NCBI GenBank assembly: GCA_038894195.1
Contig: JAWAPZ010000003.1
Coordinates: 1-61,095 of the forward strand
DNA length: 61,095 nt
From: Candidatus Pacearchaeota archaeon
GTDB taxonomy: Archaea > Nanobdellota > Nanobdellia > Pacearchaeales > UBA284
Reading direction: 5' to 3'
A program made the translations under genes and the position numbers. The notes below the pieces were generated by a model, which saw only the letters and a list, made by a program, of their open reading frames with translations, did no database searches and was not told the DNA's origin. Position 1 is the first letter of the stretch. Each line of letters starts with the position of its first letter. Shown in pieces: positions 48,744-58,249 of this stretch.

Positions 48744-51635
48744 TTAAAAATAAATCTCGATTTTATGATCTTTTATATTCTTTCTCAATCTTAATATTGT
48801 CATTTTCTCAAAATCTATTGAAGAAGCATTAACTCTATCTCTGATTATTTTTTCATTCTTTTTTATTAATTCTTTTAAGTAACTATCACACTTAATCTGA
48901 AGTTTAATAAGGTGCCCTCTTTTTAGAGATGCTCTCTTCCTAGCCTCTTGGATAATTCTTACAATTTCGCGAAGGTAACCTTCTGCTTCTAATTCAGGAG
49001 TAAGTTTTGTGTCAAGCTTGACAGAAATTTCTTTTCCTTGTTTAATTTTAATTTTTTTGACATTTAATTGTCTCATTATCAAATTTTCTAGTTCGGGGTT
49101 TAATTTCTCTTTCGAGATTATTTCTGCATTAAGCAAAGGCCATTTTATCCCAACTCTCTTCTCTGCTCTTACTGCAAGACCTTTCTCAATAATTTGAAGT
49201 ACAACATCAAACAATTTTTCAAGTTGCTTATCTTCAAATTTTTTGTTTGCTTTCGGCCATCTACACAAATGAATCGATTCTTCTTTTAAATTAATTTTTT
49301 TCTTAAATTCTTGAAATATTTTTTCCGTTGTGAAAGGAATTGCTGGCGCAAGCAATTTTAAAGTGGTTAAGTAAGTATCTAGTAAAACTTTCAAAGCAAT
49401 CTTGCTGCTCTCATTTTTTTCCTGGAACTCTTGTACCCGCGGGCGAATCATTTGGATATAGGTTCTTGAAAGGTTATTAATAAAAAAATTCTCTATAGTC
49501 TTAAGATAAAAATCTGGTTTATATTCTTCAACGTATTTTGTTGATTCCTCTATGACACTGTTGATTCTACTTAAAATCCATCTGTCCTCTGGTTGGAGGT
49601 CTTTTTCAGAAAAATTATCATTTTCTATACCAAGTTCGAGTATATAATTGCCTATGTTGTTTAGAATATTTAAAGCACGTTCAGAATCTCTTGCAAGTTC
49701 AAAACTAAAATTCAAATTTTCATGCGGATTTACTCTTATGTACAAATATCTTAAAGCATCTGCACCTAATTTTTCAATAGCTTCATCAAGCCATATTGCA
49801 TTTCCTAAACTCTTATGCATTTCTCTTCCTTTTGCATCTTTAACGAGCTCGTATGTAAAAACATTTTTGTATGGTGCCTTGCCTTCAAGAACTACTCCTG
49901 CAAGTAACATAAAAAAGAACCATAATCTGTACTGTCCTGGACCGCATTCAAGAACAAGATCAGCAGGAAACCATTCATTAAAATATTTTTTATTTTTCAA
50001 CCAGTCTAAAGTATAGAAAGGAACAAGACCTGCGTCCATCCACACATCTACCGTATCTAAAACACGACGCATTAAACCACCACACTTACATCTCAAAAAA
50101 ACTTTATCGACGCCAGGTCTCCTGTGCTCTTTGAAATGTTCTATTCCTTTAACAGCCTTCTCCTTTAACTCATCAGCAGAACCTATAACCTCGAAGTTGT
50201 TACACTTTTCGCATTCCCATATAGGCATTGCTAACCCGTAATATCTTTTTCTGGAAAGAAGCCAGTCACCCATGTTTTCAAGCCAGTTTTGTTCATAGAA
50301 TTTTCCCTGCTCAGGAATCCAATTAACTGTTTCATTTGCCTCCATCAAAGCTTTTCTAATCTCTTTCATTGATATATACCATTCTGGAACAAGTCTGAAA
50401 ATAACCGGGGTTCTGCACCTGGTGCAATGTGGATAACTATGTTTATATTTTTCTTGCTTAAGTAAAAAATTTCTTTTCTCAAGGTCTTTGACTATTTCAT
50501 TATTAGCTTTAGAAGAATCCATGCCAGCAAGCCACCCATAACCCTCAAGATATTTACCTTCTTCATCAAGAGGCGAGATAGCAGGTAATTTGTATTGCTT
50601 GCCGAGCTGGTAATCCTCTGGCCCACAACCAGGAGCTATATGAACAATTCCAGTACCTTCCTCGCTACTAACATCCTGCCATAAGATAACTCTATGTGGC
50701 GCTTTAACTTTCTCCTTAGAATCTAACTTCGACCCAGCAATCCGCGATGCTTTTTGTGGTTCAAAATCTTTATAAGGCATTTTATACTGAATTCCTTCAA
50801 GATCTTTACCTAACATCTTACCAACAATCTCGAATTTTCCAAGGATTTTTTCAGCTAGATTTTCAGCTAGAATAAAAATTTCATTATTTTTCTTAGCTTT
50901 AACATAATAAATTCCCGGATGAACAGCTAACGCGACATTTGCAGGCAAGGTCCATGGTGTTGTTGTCCAAACTAGAAAATATTCTTTCTCATTCGTGTTT
51001 TTAACAGGAAATTTCAAGTAAACAGCAACATCCTCGCGATCTTCGTAGCCCTCTGTTGCTAACGCATGCTTTGATTGTGCTGTTGTGCATCTCGGGCACC
51101 AAGGAACAACATCTATCCCTTTATATAACCACCCCTTCTCGTGACAGTGCTTTATAAAAAACCATTTGTAATCATTTGCTATAAAACTATGCGTGTAATA
51201 ACTGTTTTCCCAATCCATCCACTGCCCCAAACGAATTGACTGCTCTGTTATTAATTTCGCCATTCTTTCAGTTCTTTCTTTGCAAGCTTCAACAAAATTT
51301 TCTATTCCGAATTTTTCTATATCCTCCACAGTTTTCAAACCTTTCTCTTTCTCAACTTCAACCTCAATCCAAAGACCTTGGCAATCAAAACCATTCTGAA
51401 ATCTCTGTTGAAAACCTTGCATCGCCTTAAACCTTTGAAAAAAATCTTTATAAGTACGACCCCACGCATGATGGACCCCCATAGGATTGTTGGCAGTTAT
51501 AGGGCCATCTATAAAACTCCATCTCTTACCTTTACTATTTTGTTTGCAGAGTTTATCAAAAATCTTATTTTCTTTCCAAAATCTCAAAATCTCAAGTTCT
51601 GTTTCTTTAGACATAGTAATTAAAAATAATGGCAC
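48744..51635 (-). CDS. ileS: Isoleucyl-tRNA synthetase, atypical GVHH type (likely start 51614)
   Basis: DGPITANNPMGVHH, GFDCQGL, WTTTPWTLPAN, DWLLSRKRYYG, EMHKSLGN. Confidence 0.93.
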   Translation of the reverse strand: MPLFLITMSKETELEILRFWKENKIFDKLCKQNSKGKRWSFIDGPITANNPMGVHHAWGRTYKDFFQRFKAMQGFQQRFQNGFDCQGLWIEVEVEKEKGLKTVEDIEKFGIENFVEACKERTERMAKLITEQSIRLGQWMDWENSYYTHSFIANDYKWFFIKHCHEKGWLYKGIDVVPWCPRCTTAQSKHALATEGYEDREDVAVYLKFPVKNTNEKEYFLVWTTTPWTLPANVALAVHPGIYYVKAKKNNEIFILAENLAEKILGKFEIVGKMLGKDLEGIQYKMPYKDFEPQKASRIAGSKLDSKEKVKAPHRVILWQDVSSEEGTGIVHIAPGCGPEDYQLGKQYKLPAISPLDEEGKYLEGYGWLAGMDSSKANNEIVKDLEKRNFLLKQEKYKHSYPHCTRCRTPVIFRLVPEWYISMKEIRKALMEANETVNWIPEQGKFYEQNWLENMGDWLLSRKRYYGLAMPIWECEKCNNFEVIGSADELKEKAVKGIEHFKEHRRPGVDKVFLRCKCGGLMRRVLDTVDVWMDAGLVPFYTLDWLKNKKYFNEWFPADLVLECGPGQYRLWFFFMLLAGVVLEGKAPYKNVFTYELVKDAKGREMHKSLGNAIWLDEAIEKLGADALRYLYIRVNPHENLNFSFELARDSERALNILNNIGNYILELGIENDNFSEKDLQPEDRWILSRINSVIEESTKYVEEYKPDFYLKTIENFFINNLSRTYIQMIRPRVQEFQEKNESSKIALKVLLDTYLTTLKLLAPAIPFTTEKIFQEFKKKINLKEESIHLCRWPKANKKFEDKQLEKLFDVVLQIIEKGLAVRAEKRVGIKWPLLNAEIISKEKLNPELENLIMRQLNVKKIKIKQGKEISVKLDTKLTPELEAEGYLREIVRIIQEARKRASLKRGHLIKLQIKCDSYLKELIKKNEKIIRDRVNASSIDFEKMTILRLRKNIKDHKIEIYF

Positions 51636-51686
51636 ATTTTAAAATTTTTGCTAAAGAATATTTAAAAAGAAAAAAAATTAAATTTT

Positions 51687-51839
51687 TTAAAATTCGCTTT
51701 CTTCTGTGTCAAACAATTCTTCATCAGTATTTTCCTCTTCGGGTTCTGCTCCGTCGCTAAACTCTTCTTCTTGCTCTTCTTCTTGTGTTTCTTCTTTCTC
51801 CTCTATCGGTTCTCCCTTCTTTTTTTTCTTTTTTGCCAT
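51687..51839 (-). CDS. 50-aa basic-then-acidic microprotein (absent from ORF track)
   Basis: MAKKKKKKGEPIEEKEETQEEEQEEEFSDGAEPEEENTDEELFDTEESEF; GGAGAT SD and TATA upstream. Confidence 0.65.
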   Translation of the reverse strand: MAKKKKKKGEPIEEKEETQEEEQEEEFSDGAEPEEENTDEELFDTEESEF

Positions 51840-51878
51840 TTTTTTATCTCCAGTTAAATGCAAGGGATTTAGACGATT

Positions 51879-51925
51879 TATAAAACTTTCGTTTGTTTTT
51901 CGGTTTACGTTTTTATATGCTCGAC
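51879..51925 (-). repeat. 47-bp diverged direct repeat, copy B
   Basis: 35/47 identical to 48681-48727. Confidence 0.7.
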
Positions 51926-51954
51926 AAATCTATAAATAGATAACCAGATGCAAA

Positions 51955-52470
51955 TCAACCTTTAAGTTTAGGAACGCTCAAAATCTCTTCCGGGGTAAGT
52001 AAAGAAATCCCTGCACGCTCGCCATCAATCTCAACCTTAATTATTTTCTGCGGATTATTTAAATCAACTTTTGGTTTGTCGACTACGTCTGTCAATCTTA
52101 TTATTAGATCCTTTCCATAATCCTTCACTGTTTTTCTCTTTATAAGATCCATCTTCCATTTCTCGTCCTTTTTGATGTTTTCTTGTACTTTTTTTATTAC
52201 TTTCTGCATTTCTGCCAAGTCAGCTTTACACCACTTATCAACCGGCCACCAATTAAAAGTGTATTTAAATTTTCCGATGTTTTTTTTCGCAATCTCAAGT
52301 AACGAGGCTACCGATTTCCTTGGGTCCTTCACAGAAAGTTCAGCTAACCCTTCAGAAATACTGATAACTTTAGCTGTCTGTTTAGCTTCTTTCAGTAAAC
52401 CAAGAATTTCAGCTTTAGCTGACTCTTCATGCACCGGATCAAAACTAACAAGCAAATTTCCTTCGGCCAT
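51955..52470 (-). CDS. Stand-alone THUMP-domain protein
   Basis: KVDLNNPQKIIKVEI; GGAGG SD before MAEGNL. Confidence 0.85.
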   Translation of the reverse strand: MAEGNLLVSFDPVHEESAKAEILGLLKEAKQTAKVISISEGLAELSVKDPRKSVASLLEIAKKNIGKFKYTFNWWPVDKWCKADLAEMQKVIKKVQENIKKDEKWKMDLIKRKTVKDYGKDLIIRLTDVVDKPKVDLNNPQKIIKVEIDGERAGISLLTPEEILSVPKLKG

Positions 52471-52523
52471 ATTTTCCTCCTTTTTAGTCAAGTTTGGACG
52501 AGTTTTTATAGTTTTCGATATGC

Positions 52524-52640
52524 TCATGCGGCAGCCATTCTCTTCTGTTTCCTCTTTCTTTTCTCTCGTTTCATTCTTTTACGTTGCCATTTCCACCTCA
52601 TCTGCCTTTTCTTTTTCCATCTACGCGATGAACGTTTCAT
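52524..52640 (-). CDS. rpl41e: Ribosomal protein eL41 (absent from ORF track)
   Basis: MKRSSRRWKKKRQMRWKWQRKRMKREKRKRKQKRMAAA. Confidence 0.85.
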   Translation of the reverse strand: MKRSSRRWKKKRQMRWKWQRKRMKREKRKRKQKRMAAA

Positions 52641-52641
52641 T

Positions 52642-52902
52642 TTACCCCTTTTTAAATTCTTTTAAAAGCTCGTCATTCCTTTCCCTAAGCTTCTTTATTG
52701 TATCTTGTAAAACTTTTTTTGCAGTTTTACCTTTAGTTTTTAAAACAAGCACAGGATTCTTGCTTGGATGTTCACGTTTCCATACAGCTAGTTCTGTCGC
52801 CTTATCTTGCCACAGTTCGTTCCTTAAAAGCTCGGCAACAGTAAGGTTATCTGTTTCTATTTCAAGGATGTCTTTATCTTGTTTAATTATCTTATATGTC
52901 AT
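52642..52902 (-). CDS. rpoL: RNA polymerase subunit Rpo11 (L)
   Basis: TVAELLRNELW..REHP. Confidence 0.85.
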   Translation of the reverse strand: MTYKIIKQDKDILEIETDNLTVAELLRNELWQDKATELAVWKREHPSKNPVLVLKTKGKTAKKVLQDTIKKLRERNDELLKEFKKG

Positions 52903-52918
52903 TTCAATTCCTAAAAAT

Positions 52919-53443
52919 TCATACTTTTAAAACTTTCCCTGATATCTCTTCTTTAGCTTCTTCTACCAACCCTTCCCTGTTTTTCTTGCCTCTAATTTTT
53001 TCAAATGCCCTGTTAAAAAAATCTCTGACGCTAAATTTTTTATTTTCTTCTAAGTTAAAATTAAATTCACTTTCTTCAGCTTCTACAGCTTTCTTGATTT
53101 CTTCTATATCTCTAGCTTGCTCTTTCTCAAGGTCTTCTAAAAATTCTTGTTCATGCATGATCTTTTGTTTTTCTTCAGCTTCTTTTGCCCTTCTCTCTCT
53201 ATATCTTTCATAAAGATCATTAAGTGAAAAGTTCTCTTTTGGCTTAACTTTCATTTTTTCAAGAATAATCTTAGCTGGTCCTTCTTCTTTTTTAACCAAA
53301 ATAAAAGAACCATTTAGTTGAGCACACCTTCTACATAAACGAATCGGTTTACCATCAGTTATAGTATCAAAAAGCTCCTCGACAATGCCACACTCCTCAC
53401 ACCCTTTACTAAAATTGATTTCTTTCTTCAAGTCAGCCATCAT
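52919..53443 (-). CDS. Zn-ribbon protein (aMBF1-like N-terminus)
   Basis: CEECG..LCRRCA; no clear HTH. Confidence 0.5.
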   Translation of the reverse strand: MMADLKKEINFSKGCEECGIVEELFDTITDGKPIRLCRRCAQLNGSFILVKKEEGPAKIILEKMKVKPKENFSLNDLYERYRERRAKEAEEKQKIMHEQEFLEDLEKEQARDIEEIKKAVEAEESEFNFNLEENKKFSVRDFFNRAFEKIRGKKNREGLVEEAKEEISGKVLKV

Positions 53444-53464
53444 AAAAATATGGAAGAAGTATAT

Positions 53465-53938
53465 TTAAACTTTACGAAATTTTTCCTGAAATTCTTTTTT
53501 AGTAAGCAAAGTCCTTCTATGTTTCTTCTCTAGTTCTTTAGGGATTTTCTTTTTATGTTTTTTCAAATAATTATAAATTGCTTCTGCAAGAGCATCTTCT
53601 GCAAGCAAAGAACAATGATATTTAACGGGTGGTAATCCTCCAAGAAACTTAACAATACTCTGATTTGTTATTCTCAAAGCTTTTTCAAACGTTTTTCCTT
53701 TTGCAAGTTCAGTCACAACACTTGATGTGGCTATGGCAGCAGCACACCCCAAGGTTTTGAACTTTATATCTTTGATATAATATTCATTTTTCTTGTTCTT
53801 GTCAACCTTAATAAAAATTCGCATGATATCTCCACAAATTATATTCCCAACTTTACCGACACCGTCAGCATTTTTGATTTCACCAACATTTTTTGGATGC
53901 AAAAAATATTTCATTACTTTTTTGTTATATTCTGCCAT
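53465..53938 (-). CDS. iscU: Fe-S scaffold IscU/NifU
   Basis: HPKNVG, CGD, GCAAAIA, KYHCS. Confidence 0.95.
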   Translation of the reverse strand: MAEYNKKVMKYFLHPKNVGEIKNADGVGKVGNIICGDIMRIFIKVDKNKKNEYYIKDIKFKTLGCAAAIATSSVVTELAKGKTFEKALRITNQSIVKFLGGLPPVKYHCSLLAEDALAEAIYNYLKKHKKKIPKELEKKHRRTLLTKKEFQEKFRKV

Positions 53939-54031
53939 TTTCTCTTTCCCCTATAATTTCTTTAAATAATTCAATAAATTCTTCGCATCCAGATTTGCAC
54001 TCAAACATTTTTTCAATTATAGACATTTTAT

Positions 54032-54268
54032 TTATTTTTTCTTCAATTTTTCGTTTAACTCTTTAACAAGCTTATCAGGATCAAGACCATGAGCTAAAGC
54101 ACCTTGTTCGATTGTTTCATATCTACCAACAGAACAGCCAACACAATGCATGTTATATTTTAAAAAAACATCGACTGTTTCAGGATACTGGCTAAGAACT
54201 TGATAAAAATACATCTTTTTTGTTATTCTAATTTTTTTTTCTTTCTTTTTTGATTTTTTTGTTTTCAT
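54032..54268 (-). CDS. DUF1858 protein
   Basis: YPETVDVF..MHCVGC..ETIEQGALAHG. Confidence 0.85.
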   Translation of the reverse strand: MKTKKSKKKEKKIRITKKMYFYQVLSQYPETVDVFLKYNMHCVGCSVGRYETIEQGALAHGLDPDKLVKELNEKLKKK

Positions 54269-54269
54269 C

Positions 54270-55100
54270 TTAGATATTTTTCAGATTTTTGACTAAGATC
54301 TTAAATCTTTCATTATTTTCGTCAATAAACCAAGGACAATCGCTAAATCCTCTGTGAAAAGAAAAGATGTAAATAGATGGCATTGAAATAATTAATTCGT
54401 TTAGATCTGGTTCAGCATAACTAAAATATAATTCGTGAGGGAATAATTTTTTGTATCTTCTTCTTGCAAAGATTCTAAAATATATATATCTTTTCGCTAC
54501 TTCTTCAGAAGTCATAATATTCTTCTTAACAAAAAGTGAATGCTTTTCTGCTTGGGATTTAAATCTTTCAAAAAAAGGGCTTTTAATTATCTTTTCTGCT
54601 CTTGTTTTTACCTCATTCAAAATATCCACATCTTTTGTTTTTTTTGCTATTTCATCCAAGGTCAAATTTTCTTTTGGATCCAATTTGAATAGGTTACCCC
54701 ATATTTCTTGGTTCACTCTAATTAGCTTAAAATCCTCGCCCAAAGAATCAAAAATTGGCTTAAGAGTATTATAGTACAAATCTATTTTTTCTCTGGGATA
54801 TCCTTCCAAATAAGAAGCATTGATATCTGTAAATAATATCTTAATAATCACCCTTACATTTATTTTTTTAAGCTCATCAACAATTCTTTTTTTTAAAAAT
54901 AGTAAAGCTGCTTCATCAACTTTATCTGCAACTCCTTCTTTGGTCGTCTTAACTCCCAGCCAATTTGTGACAAGAATTAACGGTTGATCGTTATCTAAAA
55001 AATATTTAATACACTCTTTTACACCATGTGGATTTGGTGGCCAAGATTTTCTGATACTAGACCGAGTTAAGATTTGATATACCTCTTTAACATTTGCCAT
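54270..55100 (-). CDS. Unknown Rossmann-like enzyme (weak PvcA/DIT1- or CDPS-like resemblance)
   Basis: LILVTNWLGVK..ADKVDEAALLFL..KILFTD; C-terminal PWF; tightly coupled to the radical SAM gene. Confidence 0.45.
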   Translation of the reverse strand: MANVKEVYQILTRSSIRKSWPPNPHGVKECIKYFLDNDQPLILVTNWLGVKTTKEGVADKVDEAALLFLKKRIVDELKKINVRVIIKILFTDINASYLEGYPREKIDLYYNTLKPIFDSLGEDFKLIRVNQEIWGNLFKLDPKENLTLDEIAKKTKDVDILNEVKTRAEKIIKSPFFERFKSQAEKHSLFVKKNIMTSEEVAKRYIYFRIFARRRYKKLFPHELYFSYAEPDLNELIISMPSIYIFSFHRGFSDCPWFIDENNERFKILVKNLKNI

Positions 55101-55101
55101 T

Positions 55102-56058
55102 TTATTTTTTAACACTTGGCCATGCAATCGGCCAAGCACATCCAGGACATTTAATTCTATCTTTATCTTTTATCCAATCATCCTTAAAATTTTTATATAT
55201 CTTTCTGTTAAGGTTCAAAATATTGTATTTTTCGGCAACAGACCCTTTGACATCATTGCATATCCACAATGAACCATCACTGTCTATCCTTAACCTAGCT
55301 AACACAGAACAATGCCATCCAATGGGGTTACAATTTATTTTAGCTAGATTTTCCAAATACTGTGTTGGATTTACAATTCTATAACCTCTTTTCTTTAATT
55401 TAACCAACTTGTTCATTACTTTCCCAACTAAAAATCTATCATCTTCTTTTATTTTAAACTCGTCGGCAACATCTTCTGCTCGAAACTCCCATTTAAAATG
55501 TTTGCCCCAATGTAATGGAATAATATTTATCCAAATCCCAAGACTAGATAATCTCTCAACAATAAAAGGTATTTCTTTGATATTCCTTTTGCTAATAATT
55601 ATTTCTGCTTGAACATAAGGAACTCCAGCTGTCTTCATTTTCATAAGCATTTTAAAACATTTACCTGATTTGATTGTTAACCAATCCTTTTTTGTTTGAA
55701 AATTAAAAGTATTCACGTCGGCACAGTATCCTCTTATTCCTGCTTTTAGTAAGCTAACAAATCTTTCTTTAGTAAAAGTAGAGTTAGATTGTATTGAATA
55801 AAATAACTTTGTCTTTTTATTAAGGAAATTGATCAAATCCTCAAGATAGTCAAGAGTTGTTGGCTCTCCCCCAAGGATTTGTATTGATTTAACTCCTATC
55901 TTTTCAAGATTTTTAATTCCTTTTTTCCATTGTTCAAAAGTAATCTCATTTGGAAGTTTTTTACTCCTCCTAATTTTACAGAAGGGACATTTTAAATTAC
56001 ATTTCCTTGTTATCACAATCTTAGCATCGTAACCTTTGTTCACAACAATTGGTACCAT
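55102..56058 (-). CDS. Radical SAM protein with twitch/SPASM-like extension
   Basis: CNLKCPFC, GGEP, WHC..IDSDGSLWICND..CPGC. Confidence 0.9.
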   Translation of the reverse strand: MVPIVVNKGYDAKIVITRKCNLKCPFCKIRRSKKLPNEITFEQWKKGIKNLEKIGVKSIQILGGEPTTLDYLEDLINFLNKKTKLFYSIQSNSTFTKERFVSLLKAGIRGYCADVNTFNFQTKKDWLTIKSGKCFKMLMKMKTAGVPYVQAEIIISKRNIKEIPFIVERLSSLGIWINIIPLHWGKHFKWEFRAEDVADEFKIKEDDRFLVGKVMNKLVKLKKRGYRIVNPTQYLENLAKINCNPIGWHCSVLARLRIDSDGSLWICNDVKGSVAEKYNILNLNRKIYKNFKDDWIKDKDRIKCPGCAWPIAWPSVKK

Positions 56059-56059
56059 T

Positions 56060-57208
56060 CTAAAAAGGACTAATTCTTCTTAAAGAATTTATAATTTTTG
56101 GCAAGACTTCGAGCAACTTGTCAACATCTTGTTCTGTATTATCTTTTCCTAGAGTAATTCTTAAACTTCCGTGGGCTTCTTCTGGTTTTAATCCTAGAGC
56201 CGTAAGCACATGACTTGGTTCTAAGGATTTTGATGAGCATGCAGAGCCAGTTGAAACCGCGAACCCTTTTTCGCTTAGCCTTAGCAATAAAGCTTCTCCC
56301 TCTATGCCATGAAAAGAAACATTCACATTATTTGCAAGTCTTTTTTCTTGTGAACCATTCAACCTTGATCCTTGAATCTTTAAAATTTCTTTAATTATTT
56401 TATCTCTTAATTTTTTCTGCCTCTCTTGTTCTTTTTTTCCTAATTTTTGCATTAGTTCAACTGCTTTTGCAAAACCAACAATTCCAGGAACATTTTCAGT
56501 TCCACTTCTCAAGCCTTGTTCATGGCCACCACCATGTTGTGTAGGCTCAATTTTAACATCTCTATTAACATAAAGTATTCCTACTCCTTTTGGACCATAA
56601 ATTTTATGCGCTGAAGCAGATAAAATATCTAGATTCATTCTTTTAATATTAATATCCAATTTACCAAAAGACTGAACAGCATCTGTGTGGAAGTATACAT
56701 CATACTTTTTACATATTTTACCTATCTCTTCTATTGGTTGTATTGTTCCAATTTCGTTGTTAGCGTGCATTATACTTACAAGCACGGTTTCTTTTGTTAT
56801 GGCTTTCTCAACATCAGCAGGGTTTATTATACCATCACTATTTACTGGTAAATAAGTAACTTTCCAGCCCTGTTTTTCAAGCCATCTACATGGTTCAAGA
56901 ACAGCAGGATGTTCTATCTTACTTGTTATAATGTGTTTGCCTTTCTGCTTATTAGCAAATGCTACCCCTTTTATCGCTAAATTATTTGATTCAGTTCCTC
57001 CAGAAGTAAAAACAATTTCAGCTGGCTTAGCATTAATAAACTTTGCTATATCATCTCTTGCTTTTTCTACAGCATTTCTTGCTTCCTGGCCATACACATG
57101 TAAACTTGAAGCATTACCAAACTTTTCTGAAAAATATGGCTTAATTGCTTCAAAAATTTCGTTAGCTAGTGGTGTGGTTGCGGCATGATCAAGATAGATA
57201 TGTTTCAT
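56060..57208 (-). CDS. iscS: Cysteine desulfurase IscS/NifS
   Basis: YLDHAATT, SGGTESNN, SAHKIYGPKG, GSACSS. Confidence 0.97.
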   Translation of the reverse strand: MKHIYLDHAATTPLANEIFEAIKPYFSEKFGNASSLHVYGQEARNAVEKARDDIAKFINAKPAEIVFTSGGTESNNLAIKGVAFANKQKGKHIITSKIEHPAVLEPCRWLEKQGWKVTYLPVNSDGIINPADVEKAITKETVLVSIMHANNEIGTIQPIEEIGKICKKYDVYFHTDAVQSFGKLDINIKRMNLDILSASAHKIYGPKGVGILYVNRDVKIEPTQHGGGHEQGLRSGTENVPGIVGFAKAVELMQKLGKKEQERQKKLRDKIIKEILKIQGSRLNGSQEKRLANNVNVSFHGIEGEALLLRLSEKGFAVSTGSACSSKSLEPSHVLTALGLKPEEAHGSLRITLGKDNTEQDVDKLLEVLPKIINSLRRISPF

Positions 57209-57218
57209 TTTCTCTTTT

Positions 57219-57593
57219 TTATCTTGTTTCCATCAGTGGTCTGGCTGAACATAAAGCAAGTATTCCTTTATTGTATTTTTTACAAATGCAGCACGCCAAA
57301 CCTTGTTGCTTGATAATATTTAGCAAATGCAAGATTTCTTGGATTACTTTTTTATTATCTTTAACAATTACTCCAGCAGCATTTTCAAATTCCTTTTTCA
57401 TTTTTAAAGGAAATTTTAATTCTATTGCTCTTTTCTTACTTAAATATTGAGAAACAGCAGATTCTGTTGTTCCAAGAATGTTTGCAACTTCCTTTTGTTT
57501 AAGTTTGTGTTTTTCTACAAGAACGCGCGCTAGCTCACGTCTTATAGCTGGAATTATGTACCATACTTCAATTTCCTGAGGCAAACTGTACAT
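57219..57593 (-). CDS. XRE-type HTH regulator with C-terminal Cys cluster
   Basis: PQEIEVWYIIPAIRRELA..QKEVANILGTTESAVSQY; CCIC. Confidence 0.8.
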   Translation of the reverse strand: MYSLPQEIEVWYIIPAIRRELARVLVEKHKLKQKEVANILGTTESAVSQYLSKKRAIELKFPLKMKKEFENAAGVIVKDNKKVIQEILHLLNIIKQQGLACCICKKYNKGILALCSARPLMETR

Positions 57594-57671
57594 AAATTAC
57601 TTAACTATTGTTAACTTTATAAATCTTTTGCTCATGAAAACTTTTAAAAACCCTAGCAACATGATAATCTT

Positions 57672-58244
57672 ATGATGCCACTGCTTATTATTTTAGTAAT
57701 CATCGTAGCAATAGTTGTAATTGTCCTATTAATGTGGCTCGGTTATTACAATAGATTTGTTATTCTAAGCAACAGAATTAAAAATTCCTTGGCACAAATT
57801 GATGTTCAGCTTAAGAAACGTGCCGATCTTGTTCCTAACCTAATTGAAACTGTGAAGGGGTACATGAAACATGAAGCTAAAATGATAAAAGAGGTCAGTG
57901 ATGCAAGAAAAGCCCTTGTAAGTGCCAATACAACTGGTGATATGACTAAAAGAATTAAAGCGGGTGATGCTCTACAAAGCGCATTAAAAACAATTTTTGC
58001 AATAGCTGAAAACTACCCTAACCTAAAAGCAAATGAAAACTTTGTAAAGTTACAAGAAGAACTCACTGCCATAGAAGATAAAATAGCTTACGCAAGACAA
58101 TTCTATAATGATTCTATCTTAAGTTTTGACAATGCAGTTCAAACAATTCCAGGGAAGTGGTTTGCAGGCCGCTTTAGACTTGAAGCTGGCAAATACATAA
58201 AAATTCCTGAACAAGAAAGACAGGTCGTGAAAGTTAAATTTTAA
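57672..58244 (+). CDS. lemA: LemA family protein
   Basis: YNRFV, IDVQLKKRADLVPNL, ENYPNLKANENF. Confidence 0.95.
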   Translation: MMPLLIILVIIVAIVVIVLLMWLGYYNRFVILSNRIKNSLAQIDVQLKKRADLVPNLIETVKGYMKHEAKMIKEVSDARKALVSANTTGDMTKRIKAGDALQSALKTIFAIAENYPNLKANENFVKLQEELTAIEDKIAYARQFYNDSILSFDNAVQTIPGKWFAGRFRLEAGKYIKIPEQERQVVKVKF

Positions 58245-58249
58245 AATCT

